Shown: piece after piece, positions 20,601 to 30,231 of the stretch | How the letters are laid out: the number at the start of each line of letters is the position of its first letter | How positions within the stretch are numbered: the first letter of the stretch is position 1 | Origin: an uncultured archaeon | GTDB taxonomy: Archaea; Asgardarchaeota; Lokiarchaeia; Sigyniarchaeales; SOKP01 | NCBI GenBank assembly: GCA_964632315.1 | Contig: CAZWEM010000038.1 | Location: forward strand, 1-47,007 | Direction: 5' to 3' | Length of the DNA stretch: 47,007 bases | Notes under the pieces: generated by a model | The model's input: the letters and a program-made list of their open reading frames with translations, nothing else | What the model was told of the DNA's origin: nothing | Databases searched by the model: none | Made by a program: the position numbers and the translations under genes

Positions 20601-20877
20601 AAAATTGATATCCTTTTTTACTCTGAATTCTAACTTGATCAATTGCTTTACCTTCATTGAGAACTTTATCCAAGAATTTTAGAAATCTGGTTTTATCTTC
20701 AAAATGAATAAATTCGGTCATATTTTTTAAATGAGAAGAATAACCAAGTTCGTTTAGATGTTTTTTCTGGTTAATATATTCACAGTTTAATTCTTCGTCT
20801 AAAATATAAATTAATCCATCAAAATTATTGAACAAGATCTTGTTGATATCATAGTTCTGATCGGGAAAAGATTCCAT
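17653..20877 (-). CDS. Cytoplasmic multi-PAS sensor histidine kinase
   Basis: About six PAS/PAC repeats (ESEKKYR/FR..DITEK); H-box AAHELKTPL; N-box NLITNA; DHGKG and GSGLGL. Confidence 0.95.
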   Translation of the reverse strand: MESFPDQNYDINKILFNNFDGLIYILDEELNCEYINQKKHLNELGYSSHLKNMTEFIHFEDKTRFLKFLDKVLNEGKAIDQVRIQSKKGYQFYEIKGSSLNLPSEKVKILLLMHDISEFKESEAIWESKLDLYKEITAKLPEIRYWNLLRSNDSKIDFHETREMLDLVIDNIPQLIYWKDLELKYLGCNINYARINGINDVRFLNGKTDEELIWPKDNLSHIRQCENRVIQNNKSEASIESWIAADKSKVYYEVNRVPLHDLEGNVIGILSTYSDMSDRFKAEKKIKESEKKYRSILENITEGYYEVDLNGNITFFNDAFREITGYSKEALLGKNYAEMTYQENQNRIFESFSNVYKTEQGIQNLELEFFNKDGQTVYVEASVNLRYDSEGAKIGFFGLIKNITEKYLLQRKLIASEKKYRHLFDKSPNAIWLVDSNGKILDVNSTTDKFLSHKFVSKELIGKNFEDILLMFGKSDYYIPFFKEKFQKFLDDVRMKPLDFQITRADGKELWLTLQSSKIKLGDETLIQVLIGDITEKKITNIKLKKSEEALRILNKDLETMVSKRTKELQESEEKFRNIAEQSNLSIAILQDGYLIYTNAALSKMTGYTSEEIKDWPKNEFIQKIHYDDLEMVVEELRKKLDEDSDLSSHYVCRIMTKTNKIKWIELHSKRILYKRRAAIFITFIDITEKREAEEKLIESEKKFRHLFENSPYGIILLDRFGKIVDMNSTISKLFGYNKDQLIGNNYLELIGIYPNETQPAVRDIQYLMGKKNLSDPSVKTRLTKIFKKDKSVAWIQSEISEVSIGGETLFQVLIQDITEKVIAEEKLKDSEKKLREQNIELKELDKLKTDFISIAAHELKTPLISVGGYVDLILMREKEIKSSIKEDLNRVLSNVHRLEDYINKLLDVMKIDAKKMELEVRSEKIGDLIKNSINELHFQINQKKLNIIMDIDENIYLNVDRFRMSQVFSNLITNAIYASKNSGTICIKAFKDKDSINFKIIDHGKGLNKEQIKKLFGKFVALERDLDKFSTFEKGSGLGLYISKGIIEAHGGKIWVESEGLEKGATFNIVFPE

Positions 20878-21022
20878 TCTTCTATCTCGCCTCTAGTTAA
20901 ATTTATCTTAATCTTATCTAGATAATAATTACAGTTATGATATATTAATTATATTTAATTTTACTAATTATAAGACTAAAATAAATATATTAGATAATAC
21001 TTCTAAAAATTGAGGAATATCA

Positions 21023-21625
21023 TTGTCATTCATCGAGCCATCATTCGAAATTGATACCAAAGGAAGAGTAATTTGTCAAGCTCACTCATCATATCCATTT
21101 TTCGTAATGCCAGGCAAGACTCATTATCAAGAAGTTCAAATGGAAAAGATATTGACTTGTAAAACTTGCAAACATTATCAAGTAGATGAGTGTTTCTTTC
21201 CAAAATCAGAAATTGATAAGATAGAAGAGGATAGAGCAGAAAGAGTTTCCTTTAAATGCGTTTTATGTGGTAATAAAATTGATAGGATGTTAACTATTAT
21301 TCAAATGTTATATATTAAACAACGTAAAGGAATAGATCTTCCCTTACTTTGTTGTATTTGCCATGAAACGTTAAAAAAAAAAAATTTTGAAGAATACTAT
21401 GAAAAAAGACTATTTATTGCAGTATTTTTAGATCTTGTTATCATTTTAGGTCTAATTGTTTCAATTGTGACTATGCCGCCTCCTTATGATATTATAAATT
21501 CAATTTTATTTCCAGTATCAATCATCATGTTCAAGCAAATATTGAAGAAAGGTTTTCAATTAAATTTGTCAGTTAGAGATATCAGGAAAGGAAAAAAATT
21601 TTATGATAAATTTTTCAAATCCTAA
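21023..21625 (+). CDS. Cys-rich (putative zinc-binding) membrane protein
   Basis: CQAH, CKTCKH..C, CVLC and CCIC followed by two TM helices. Confidence 0.7.
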   Translation: MSFIEPSFEIDTKGRVICQAHSSYPFFVMPGKTHYQEVQMEKILTCKTCKHYQVDECFFPKSEIDKIEEDRAERVSFKCVLCGNKIDRMLTIIQMLYIKQRKGIDLPLLCCICHETLKKKNFEEYYEKRLFIAVFLDLVIILGLIVSIVTMPPPYDIINSILFPVSIIMFKQILKKGFQLNLSVRDIRKGKKFYDKFFKS

Positions 21626-21635
21626 TAAAGTTCAT

Positions 21636-22127
21636 TCATAATCGAGCATCAAAAATTTCTTTTATCGATTTTTGGCGCTTTTCACCTTCTAGTATCTCCC
21701 GCCACCTTGGCTCAATTGAATCAAAAGCTTTTACCGCTAAATTTTTTATCTCTTCGAACTCAGAATCTAAAAATGGACTAAGCTGCGGTAATGCTCTTTT
21801 ATCTTTTATTCTCATTAGGCTTTCAATAATAAAAATCAAATTCCTTTTATCAAGATGTTCCTTTTCGAGTTCATAATTTAAATTTTCTAAAATTCGTAAT
21901 GTTGCTCTACCATCTCCAATTCTTCCTAAAGCCTCGATGATCCTCAAAGAAACGGAGGAATCTTTTTCTGATTTTAATGCTTTACATAATAAATTGACTG
22001 CTCTTCCATCTTGCAAAAATCCTAACTGTCGAGCTGCTTCAGCACGATCCTCCCACTTTTTAGCGTGAAATAGTTGTTTTATTAGGTCATTATAATTTTC
22101 ATTTAAAGACTTCCAATCCATAATCAA
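21636..22127 (-). CDS. HEAT (PBS-lyase-like) repeat protein
   Basis: RAEAARQLGFLQDGRAV, IIEALGRIGDGRA and SLMRIKDKRAL repeats. Confidence 0.85.
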   Translation of the reverse strand: MIMDWKSLNENYNDLIKQLFHAKKWEDRAEAARQLGFLQDGRAVNLLCKALKSEKDSSVSLRIIEALGRIGDGRATLRILENLNYELEKEHLDKRNLIFIIESLMRIKDKRALPQLSPFLDSEFEEIKNLAVKAFDSIEPRWREILEGEKRQKSIKEIFDARL

Positions 22128-22190
22128 GTAAGGTTAAATCGAAGATTATTATAATTTACCTTTTATAAAATATAAAAAATTGAATTAGAT

Positions 22191-23522
22191 TTATTTAGCA
22201 AGTATAGAATTCATGTGATCAATTCTTTTTTGAAGTAATGAAGCTGTCCCTACATCTTTTCGATGGAATAATTTTCCCTCAACACAATGAACACCCGCCT
22301 CAGCAATTTTTTCGGCATCATTTAAATTATTTGCAATTCCTAAAATACCCATCGCTCGAGAAGAAGTGGTAAATATTCCGTTATCTTTCTTGTAAACTGA
22401 AGCATAGTAATATTTTACGCCCAATTCATGCAATTTTTCATGATTTATAATAATTTTCTCATCTTTTAATGGAGCTGTGGGATATCCTTCAGGAGCTAAA
22501 TATTTACAAACAGTTGCTTTTCGTTCAAATTCAACTTTGGTTGTAATATTTTTATTAATTATTCCATAACAAATGTCTATGAAATTGGTTTTTAATAATG
22601 GTAAAACATTCATAGCTTCAGGATCTCCGAAACGAGAATTAAATTCTATCAATTTATTTCCATTCTTCGTTTTCATAAATTGACCGTAAAGAAATCCTTT
22701 ATACGGTACTCCTGTTTCCTTTTTAACTGCAGCAACTACTTTCTCCATATCTTTTATAGCATCATCAACATCACTTTTAGTAATGAAGGGCATTAAATGA
22801 TCTTCTAAAGAATATGATCCCATCCCTCCAGTATTAGGCCCCTCATCATTTTCGTATGCTCGCTTATGATCTTGGACTAAAGGAGTTCCAACAACATTTT
22901 TACCATCACAAAAAGTTTGTAATGTAAATTCCTCACCATCACATTTTTCCTCTAAGAGGAGAGAGTTCTTGGAGTTAGTGATTTCTTTACAATAATCTAA
23001 AATATCTTTTCTGGAAAATAGATGATCACCAAATACCTTAACACCTTTCCCACCTGTTAGACCATCGGGTTTTACAACAACATTCTCTTCTCCGACTTTA
23101 TTTAAATATTCATCTATCCCTTCCATTGATTTAAATTGCTTACTTTGAACATTTGAAGCGACTTTGTATTTATCAAGTAAATTTCGCATAAAGACTTTAG
23201 ATCCCTCGAGCTGAGCTGCCTCAATTCTGGGACCCACACAAGGAATCTCATTTTTTTCGAGAGCATCAACAATACCTACAACTAAAGGCGCTTCCGGACC
23301 AATCACAGCAAAATCAATTTTATTTGCTTTACAAAAATTTGTGATTTCTTTAAAATCAGTTTCAGAATGTATCTTGATTCTTCCTTGACTTAAATCTTCT
23401 AATCCAGCATTCTTAAAACTCATGAATGCAAAAAGTCTTGCACCATATTTAACTAAAGTTTCTCCTATTACGTGTTCTCGTGCACCATGACCTACTATTA
23501 AAACATTAACCATTTTTTTCAA
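22191..23522 (-). CDS. purD: Phosphoribosylamine--glycine ligase
   Basis: GHGAREH, IGPEAPL, LEGSK, GGKGV, QDHKRAY..GPNTGGMG and EFNSRFGDPEA motifs. Confidence 0.97.
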   Translation of the reverse strand: MKKMVNVLIVGHGAREHVIGETLVKYGARLFAFMSFKNAGLEDLSQGRIKIHSETDFKEITNFCKANKIDFAVIGPEAPLVVGIVDALEKNEIPCVGPRIEAAQLEGSKVFMRNLLDKYKVASNVQSKQFKSMEGIDEYLNKVGEENVVVKPDGLTGGKGVKVFGDHLFSRKDILDYCKEITNSKNSLLLEEKCDGEEFTLQTFCDGKNVVGTPLVQDHKRAYENDEGPNTGGMGSYSLEDHLMPFITKSDVDDAIKDMEKVVAAVKKETGVPYKGFLYGQFMKTKNGNKLIEFNSRFGDPEAMNVLPLLKTNFIDICYGIINKNITTKVEFERKATVCKYLAPEGYPTAPLKDEKIIINHEKLHELGVKYYYASVYKKDNGIFTTSSRAMGILGIANNLNDAEKIAEAGVHCVEGKLFHRKDVGTASLLQKRIDHMNSILAK

Positions 23523-23658
23523 TAAATTTAGTAGTTGTTATATTAGTGATTGTGTCAATTTCAAATTTTAACTTAGTTATTAACCAAAAATTATTCTTTT
23601 ATAAATTATTAAATTTAATCAGAATATATCAGTAAAGGATAAAGGTTTTTTAACAAAA

Positions 23659-24804
23659 ATGTCAGATGAATTATATAAAAAAGCGGGAAATATTATTATC
23701 AAAGCGGGTATGCTTCCATTTCCAGTAACAGATACACTTATGGAAATTTTAAAGATTCTTTACACATCTGAAGAAGCAGAATTTATAATAAAGGCTTTCA
23801 GAAGGAAAACTTCTCAAACGATGGAAGAACTAAAAAAGTATAGTAAAATGGAAGAAGATGAAATATTAAACATAATTGAACCATTAGTTAAAAAGGGAGC
23901 CGTTTTTAAATCACAAAGTTCAAAAGGATTAACAATCTACAGAATTTTGCCACCTATCTTCATTGGTATATTTGAATATTACCTTATGAAGAAAATTAAA
24001 TATACGGATGAGGAAAAAAAAGTAGCCGTCCTTTTTAAAAAACTTTTTGGAGAAATAAGGGATATAATTCAAGAGAAATACGATATGTTTCTTCCAGCAT
24101 TTTCTGTTGTCCCACCCGTCGATCGAACAATTCCGATTCTAAAAAATATTGATGGTAAAGAGATCGAAATAGAAATCAATCAAGAAATTGACTCCCCAGG
24201 TGAAAAGATTTTACCTAAACAAGATATTAAGGAAATCATCCGAAGTTTTGATGATATTGCTGTAGGGCACTGTTTTTGCAGGCAACATCATGATTTATTA
24301 GGTGAACCCTGTAAGTATGATGCCCCGAGAGAAATTTGCTTTACACTTGGGAAATCTGCTAAATTTACCTCTGAAAATGGATTTTCAAGATTAATTTCTC
24401 AAGAAGAAGCTTTAAAGTTAATTGATGATGCTGCGGAAGCTGGGTTGGTTCATAAAGTATACCATCCTCAAGGAAACATTTCTAAAGATGAAACTTCCAT
24501 CTGTAACTGTTGCAAGGATTGTTGCGGAACTTTTGAATTGTGGAAAGGTGGGACAATGCCAATGATTAATTCCACCAATTATTTATCTAACATTGATCAA
24601 GAACTTTGTGTCGGATGTGGTATCTGTGTTGAGCGTTGCCCTACTGATGCTATTGAACTTGATGATAATGATAAAGCAATAAGAAATGCAGAGTATTGTA
24701 TTGGATGCGGAGTTTGTGCTCACTTTTGCCCTGAAAATGCAATTTCCTTATTAGAAGGGATGAGAAAAGTATTCGTGCCTCCCCCTAGATTACGTCCAAA
24801 TTAA
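23659..24804 (+). CDS. 4Fe-4S dicluster (ferredoxin-domain) protein with additional Cys motifs
   Basis: CVGCGICVERCP and CIGCGVCAHFCP; also CFCR, ICNCCKDCC and an N-terminal HTH-like region. Confidence 0.9.
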   Translation: MSDELYKKAGNIIIKAGMLPFPVTDTLMEILKILYTSEEAEFIIKAFRRKTSQTMEELKKYSKMEEDEILNIIEPLVKKGAVFKSQSSKGLTIYRILPPIFIGIFEYYLMKKIKYTDEEKKVAVLFKKLFGEIRDIIQEKYDMFLPAFSVVPPVDRTIPILKNIDGKEIEIEINQEIDSPGEKILPKQDIKEIIRSFDDIAVGHCFCRQHHDLLGEPCKYDAPREICFTLGKSAKFTSENGFSRLISQEEALKLIDDAAEAGLVHKVYHPQGNISKDETSICNCCKDCCGTFELWKGGTMPMINSTNYLSNIDQELCVGCGICVERCPTDAIELDDNDKAIRNAEYCIGCGVCAHFCPENAISLLEGMRKVFVPPPRLRPN

Positions 24805-24942
24805 TAAACATTTTGAATAATCATCTTTTTTATTTTAAATCATAAACTCATCGAGAGAAGATTACTTTTATAAGTTTACTGAATTTCTTTTTACTAGTAA
24901 GATAAATTCAATGTTGAAACAGAGACAAACTAACGATAAAAT

Positions 24943-26328
24943 ATGAAAAGAAGCGATATTATTAATATTATTTTAGCTATTGGTGGTGTGATTATTCTTT
25001 CTTCAACAGCTTTAATTATTTATTTAAATGTGCCCATAAAAAGCGCTAGTGCTTCGACTCAAATCTCAAACTTCACTAGGAATGCATCTAAAGTTGAGAT
25101 TAATACCCAGGTTCCAGTAGGGAATATCTTTTTTATAGAAATGAATCAAGCTTCTTCAAATATAATCGAAGTTAAATGGGACATTAAATATTCTGGTTAT
25201 TATCTACCTCAACAATGTATCATAACAAAATATACAGTTCAAGATACTAAAATAAAGATACTCATTGATACTCAGAAAAACATAGATATAGATTCCTTAA
25301 ATCTGAAAATATTTTTCAATCCTATGTTTCTTTATAGTTTTATATCGAATACAGAAGTCGGCAATATTAATTTTAACGCTTTCAATGTCGAAATAAAAGA
25401 TTTTTTTTTTAAGAGTACTTCAGGGGAACTGAATATCAAGTTAAACAAAAGCTTAATTTATGGAGATTTTCGCTTGTCAAGTGATACCGGAAAGATAAAA
25501 ACAACTTTGGATCATCTTGTTTTTTCAAATAATTTCGTTTGTAACTCAAATACTGGCGTGCAATTACATGATATTTGGAATGTTAAGTTTAATTCAATAG
25601 CAGACATAAATTTAAATTCGAATAATGGATATATTCAATTTTATTGGGCAAATCATTTTATTAAATCTAATAATGTCAACTTAAACGTTTACTCAAATAC
25701 AGATTTTAGAGTTAAGATTTGGTGTCCTCTCTCAATTATGAGGAGTCAGGTTTCGCTATCTACTATAACTGGCAGTAAAGTATTTATAAAACCAGTTGGT
25801 TCTTTTGAAGAAGTTGATGAGAATTTTTACCAAACGAGTAAAATAGATGATTCATCTTTAGATTGTTATAATATAACTGCAACTTCTAATTATGGACAAC
25901 TCCGGGTTCAATTCGTTAATTGCTTTAAATGGTCTCGAATCTGTGATTATACTCAAGATTTCTTACCTTACAACGTAAATTCATGTGGGAATCATACTCT
26001 TACTGATAAGCATTATGCTATCAATTCTGTTGATTTTTTTAATGTCAAATATATATATTTAAATGAGACGAGGAGCCTCCCAGTCAGTTATCAACCACTT
26101 CCAAGCACAAGTGAAAATTTAGTTTTTATAGACTGGGAAATAAATTACGTTCACGCAATGGGTATTGGAGTTGGTAAACTTGATGTAAAGATAGTAAATT
26201 ACATCAAAGATGACAGATTTTTAATATATCTGGCTCTTGATTTTGCATTAGATCGAATTTTACCTACTTTTAATAAGTGTAATTTCACGGTTTACTATAA
26301 TCCAAATTATAATTTTAATCATGATTAA
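24943..26328 (+). CDS. Membrane-anchored extracellular beta-rich protein
   Basis: N-terminal TM helix; repeated S/T-x-x-G-x-I/L beta motifs (TEVGNI, STSGEL, SDTGKI, SNTGVQ, SNNGYI). Confidence 0.65.
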   Translation: MKRSDIINIILAIGGVIILSSTALIIYLNVPIKSASASTQISNFTRNASKVEINTQVPVGNIFFIEMNQASSNIIEVKWDIKYSGYYLPQQCIITKYTVQDTKIKILIDTQKNIDIDSLNLKIFFNPMFLYSFISNTEVGNINFNAFNVEIKDFFFKSTSGELNIKLNKSLIYGDFRLSSDTGKIKTTLDHLVFSNNFVCNSNTGVQLHDIWNVKFNSIADINLNSNNGYIQFYWANHFIKSNNVNLNVYSNTDFRVKIWCPLSIMRSQVSLSTITGSKVFIKPVGSFEEVDENFYQTSKIDDSSLDCYNITATSNYGQLRVQFVNCFKWSRICDYTQDFLPYNVNSCGNHTLTDKHYAINSVDFFNVKYIYLNETRSLPVSYQPLPSTSENLVFIDWEINYVHAMGIGVGKLDVKIVNYIKDDRFLIYLALDFALDRILPTFNKCNFTVYYNPNYNFNHD

Positions 26329-26357
26329 ATCTACAACTTGACGGTTGAATTAATAGA

Positions 26358-26762
26358 CTAACTAATAGGGGATAGCTTATTTTGATACAAATTAATTATT
26401 TCAGAAATTTCCCTTAATTTTATGGAAAATTCTTTGATTTGTTTTAAATACACTTTTTGAAGTTCATTTAATGATTCTTTTAGCTCAGATAAATCAAATA
26501 CCAGAAAAGCGGCGTCAACTTTATTAAAAAAGCTATGATTTATTGGATTAAAAGATCTCTGTCCTCCGATATCCCATAAATTTACTCTTATATGCTCGTT
26601 TTCAAGTCTATATTCTTTCCGAGAGATGTTGCTTCCTATTGTAGGGATATATGTGGAAGGAACTTCTTTTCCTAGATAAGATTGAACTATAGATGTCTTT
26701 CCGACCTCACCAGTGCCTAATATCACTAATTTAATATTGACTTCCGAAACAATCATAACCAA
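26358..26762 (-). pseudogene. C-terminally truncated Rab/Ras-like small GTPase
   Basis: G1 GTGEVGKT, G2 YIPTIG, G3 WDIGGQ; no intact NKxD or G5; only 134 aa. Confidence 0.7.
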
Positions 26763-26838
26763 TTCTCTAGCTAATGATCTGTCAAGATGTTTTAATAAAT
26801 TATAAAAAGAGAAATATACAAATTTGATTTAATTCCTA

Positions 26839-27423
26839 TTATTCTGCCTTTTTCTCTTTAAATTTTAGGTAAGCAAACATAATACGCTGGATTACTGTTA
26901 TGGTTGATCCAATCGCAAGAAATATAGATGTCCACATTAAAGCCGTTGGAATCCAAATCTGTATTAATGATCCAATAAATAATATTGGAACTCTATCCGT
27001 TCGTTCCAATAGTCCCACTCCATATAAATTGTCGATTCCTAAAGCTTCTATTTTTGCCCTCGTATAACTAGTTAGGAAAGCACCTACTAAAGCTATTAAT
27101 CCTATTTCTATGGAAGTATAAAGCCCAAGAATTAACCCAAAATATAAAAAAAAGTCACCAATTCGATCCAGAGTTGAATCTAAAAAGGCTCCTAAAATTG
27201 TAGGACCTTGAAGTCTTGCAACTACGCCATCTAATTGGTCTAAAAATTCAGTTATGAAAAGAAAAATGACAAATAGAAGTGGTAATTTAAAAATAAAGCC
27301 AAAAAACACGATTATAGTAGAGATCATACCACCAATCGTAATAAAATTTGCAGGAATTCTCTTGATTTTTCTCGCAAGTGGTTGGAGTAACTTCTCAGAG
27401 AACTTTTTCACACGTAGCAACAT
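26839..27423 (-). CDS. pgsA: CDP-alcohol phosphatidyltransferase (archaetidylinositol-phosphate synthase-like)
   Basis: DQLDGVVAR..GAFLDSTLDR signature; SYTRAKIE and GLLERTDR. Confidence 0.85.
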   Translation of the reverse strand: MLLRVKKFSEKLLQPLARKIKRIPANFITIGGMISTIIVFFGFIFKLPLLFVIFLFITEFLDQLDGVVARLQGPTILGAFLDSTLDRIGDFFLYFGLILGLYTSIEIGLIALVGAFLTSYTRAKIEALGIDNLYGVGLLERTDRVPILFIGSLIQIWIPTALMWTSIFLAIGSTITVIQRIMFAYLKFKEKKAE

Positions 27424-27468
27424 ATTTCTCAGGGTTAAATGTTTTTGAGTAGAATATCCTAAAAAAGA

Positions 27469-28962
27469 TTATATTCCATAGATTGGATAGAATTTTTTCT
27501 CAATATAGTTTATAAAATACATCGGGTTGAGATCTTCTCCAGACACTTTCTTGATTAAATCTCGGGCGTAATATGTTTTTCCATATTGATAAATATGATC
27601 CTTTAAGTAATCTAATAGGATCGAAAATCTTCCATTTTCGATATCAATCCGTAAATTTGGGATATCGGAAAGTACTTTATTATAAATTTGTGCAGCGTAG
27701 AGGTTGCCCAAAGCATAACTAGGGAAATAACCAAACCCACCGCCGGACCAATGTACATCTTGGAGTATTCCTTGTGCGTCATTTGGTGGTAGTATACCAA
27801 GCAAGTTTTCCATTTTTTCATTCCACAGTTCGGGTAGTTCATCTACTTCAACTGAATCTTCAACAATCATTTTTTCCAATTCAAATCTCAAAATGATATG
27901 AAGGGCATAGCTTACTTCATCAGCTTCTACTCTTATAAGAGAAGGTTGAACCACATTGATAGATCGATAGAATTCTTCTAAAGGATAATCCTTTAAAACA
28001 TTTGGAAATGTCTCTTGAAATTGTGGAAACCAAAATTTCCAGAATCCCTTGCTTCTTCCAATAATATTTTCCCATAGCCTTGATTGACTCTCATGAATGC
28101 CCATAGATGATCCATCAGCTAGCAAGGTATTATGAATTTCTTCCATAAAATTCATTTGATATAAAGCATGACCACATTCATGAATCGTTCCAAATAAGCA
28201 TGCTGGAAGAAATTCTTCATTAATACGAGTAGTTATGCGGGTATCGTTCGATGAGATTGAAGTGGTAAAGGGATGAGTCGATTTGTCTTGGCGAGCAACA
28301 TCAAAATTGAAATTTAACTTCTTTATTACTTCAATACTAATTTGCCATTGTTTTTCAGGGTCATATTTTTTCTTCAATACTGCTTGAGAAGGTTTATTAT
28401 TAGATGCACCTAACTTTTTAACAATTTTTATTAGTTTTGGTTTGAGTTCGGTAAATATGGATGAAATCCAGCTATAAGTAGCACCAGGTTCATAAAGGTC
28501 GATTAAAGTCGAATAAGGAGTGGGGCCTGTAGCGAGCTTTTCAGCATATTCCTTTTTCAATTCGATTATCTTTTCTAGTGATGGTTTAAATATTGAAAAA
28601 TCACTTTTTTCTCTTGCTTTTTCCCATTTAATAAACCCGATAGATGCTTGTTTAGAAATCTCTCCTATTAATTCATCGGGAATCCTAATTGCATGATCAT
28701 ATTCTCGTCTCGCTTCTCTGACTAAGGCAGTTTCAATGTCATTCATATTTGGGACTTTTTCAGCCTCTTTTATCAAGTGATTTGTTTTTTCTGATTTGAT
28801 TCTTTTATGAACTAATTGACTCATTAATGCAATTTGTTCTGATCGCCCTATATTTCCTCCCTTGGGCATATAAACAGCTTGATCCCAGCTTAAAAGGGAT
28901 CTAATATAATTTAATCTAACAATTTCAGCAAAATACTCTTTTAATTGTTGTAATTTTTCCAT
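27469..28962 (-). CDS. M32 family metallocarboxypeptidase (Taq-like)
   Basis: HPFT, HECGHALY, HESQSRLWEN, IRVEAD, LQDVHW and GYFPSY motifs. Confidence 0.95.
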   Translation of the reverse strand: MEKLQQLKEYFAEIVRLNYIRSLLSWDQAVYMPKGGNIGRSEQIALMSQLVHKRIKSEKTNHLIKEAEKVPNMNDIETALVREARREYDHAIRIPDELIGEISKQASIGFIKWEKAREKSDFSIFKPSLEKIIELKKEYAEKLATGPTPYSTLIDLYEPGATYSWISSIFTELKPKLIKIVKKLGASNNKPSQAVLKKKYDPEKQWQISIEVIKKLNFNFDVARQDKSTHPFTTSISSNDTRITTRINEEFLPACLFGTIHECGHALYQMNFMEEIHNTLLADGSSMGIHESQSRLWENIIGRSKGFWKFWFPQFQETFPNVLKDYPLEEFYRSINVVQPSLIRVEADEVSYALHIILRFELEKMIVEDSVEVDELPELWNEKMENLLGILPPNDAQGILQDVHWSGGGFGYFPSYALGNLYAAQIYNKVLSDIPNLRIDIENGRFSILLDYLKDHIYQYGKTYYARDLIKKVSGEDLNPMYFINYIEKKFYPIYGI

Positions 28963-29016
28963 TTACATTAACTCGTATAGTTTAACTAATTAATGATTAT
29001 TTGTTTATTCAAAAAT

Positions 29017-30135
29017 TTATAGTTGTTCTAAATTTGGATCTATTAAGGTTTTTTTTGTTTTGTACCTACCATATTTTTTTGCTAAATTAATCATCATATC
29101 TAATCTCTCTAATGGAGTTCCTCGATTTACTCCACCACCAGTTGATAAAATATATCCACTGCCAGGACCATAAATTTTAATATTTTCAATTATTTTCTGT
29201 TCTAATACTATTTCATTAGGTTCACGCAACATTACGTCTCTTCCTGGGATTTGTCCTATAAGTGCAAATTTATTCTCCAAATTCGAAACAATTTCCTTTG
29301 CTTTAACATGATTTCCCCATTCTTGTCCATGAAATAATGAATACCCCCAATTTCCAATTTCGTGAAGAAAATGATCGCTGCGATTTTCTGAATGATACAT
29401 CATCGCTCCAGTCAGGGGTTTTAATTCCTCACAAACTCGTGCATGATAAGGACTAAAAAATTCATCCACTAGTTTTTTATTCATAAATCCACTAACATGA
29501 TCAGCTATCATTATTATTGTAGAGAACCCACCAATTAATTTAACCCATTCTTTCTGAAATTGAATAACAATGTTCATGCACTTTTCAATTAGATTATGCA
29601 TTAAATCTGGCTTTTTAATAAAATGGAACATTAATTTATCATATCCATAAATTAATCCCGCTATCTCAACTGGTCCGAATTCTCCTGTTCCAGCGGGTCT
29701 AATTCCAGAATCTAATGAATATTCGATTTTTTTGAGCCAATCTCCCGTACCCGGCACGTCCCATAAATTTTCAGGAACTTTAAACGATTCTATCTCATTA
29801 GGGCCTTTAATGGCACGTTCTATTACTGATGGAATTAAATCCTCCGGTTCCATTAACTTGCAACCCAAAGCTTCAGCAACAGCATAAGGTTGATATATTG
29901 AAACGGCACAATATGCTTCAGGGAATCGTTCCTTAAATCTTTCTCCAGTTTCAATCTGTAAGTCTACATCAGATAAATAATCTTTTACTTTTTTTTCTGC
30001 AAAATCAGCCATCAAATCAAATTCCGGGAAAAACAGTATAGGAACATGATCAGGCTTTAAAAAAGCCATTGCTTTCAACATTCTCTGGGTTGGGTCTAAC
30101 TGTTTAGCTGAAGTTTGTTTTTTTTCATTAGGCAT
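29017..30135 (-). CDS. Uroporphyrinogen decarboxylase / MtaA-CmuA methyltransferase family protein
   Basis: PDHVP, AEALGC, GPVEIAGLIYG, FFSPY and GYILSTG..GTPLE pattern. Confidence 0.8.
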   Translation of the reverse strand: MPNEKKQTSAKQLDPTQRMLKAMAFLKPDHVPILFFPEFDLMADFAEKKVKDYLSDVDLQIETGERFKERFPEAYCAVSIYQPYAVAEALGCKLMEPEDLIPSVIERAIKGPNEIESFKVPENLWDVPGTGDWLKKIEYSLDSGIRPAGTGEFGPVEIAGLIYGYDKLMFHFIKKPDLMHNLIEKCMNIVIQFQKEWVKLIGGFSTIIMIADHVSGFMNKKLVDEFFSPYHARVCEELKPLTGAMMYHSENRSDHFLHEIGNWGYSLFHGQEWGNHVKAKEIVSNLENKFALIGQIPGRDVMLREPNEIVLEQKIIENIKIYGPGSGYILSTGGGVNRGTPLERLDMMINLAKKYGRYKTKKTLIDPNLEQL

Positions 30136-30231
30136 AAATACTTGAATAATTCATAGTTAAAAAATCAGATTTATCAATTTTGTTATTAATGAAGCCAAAG
30201 TTGGTTTTTTAATAAATAGAGGTTAAAAAAA

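Noticed and set aside
26358-26360. TAG as pyrrolysine or read-through restoring the GTPase
   Set aside because: The downstream frame gives only SINSTVKL before another TAG; no G4/G5 is recovered.
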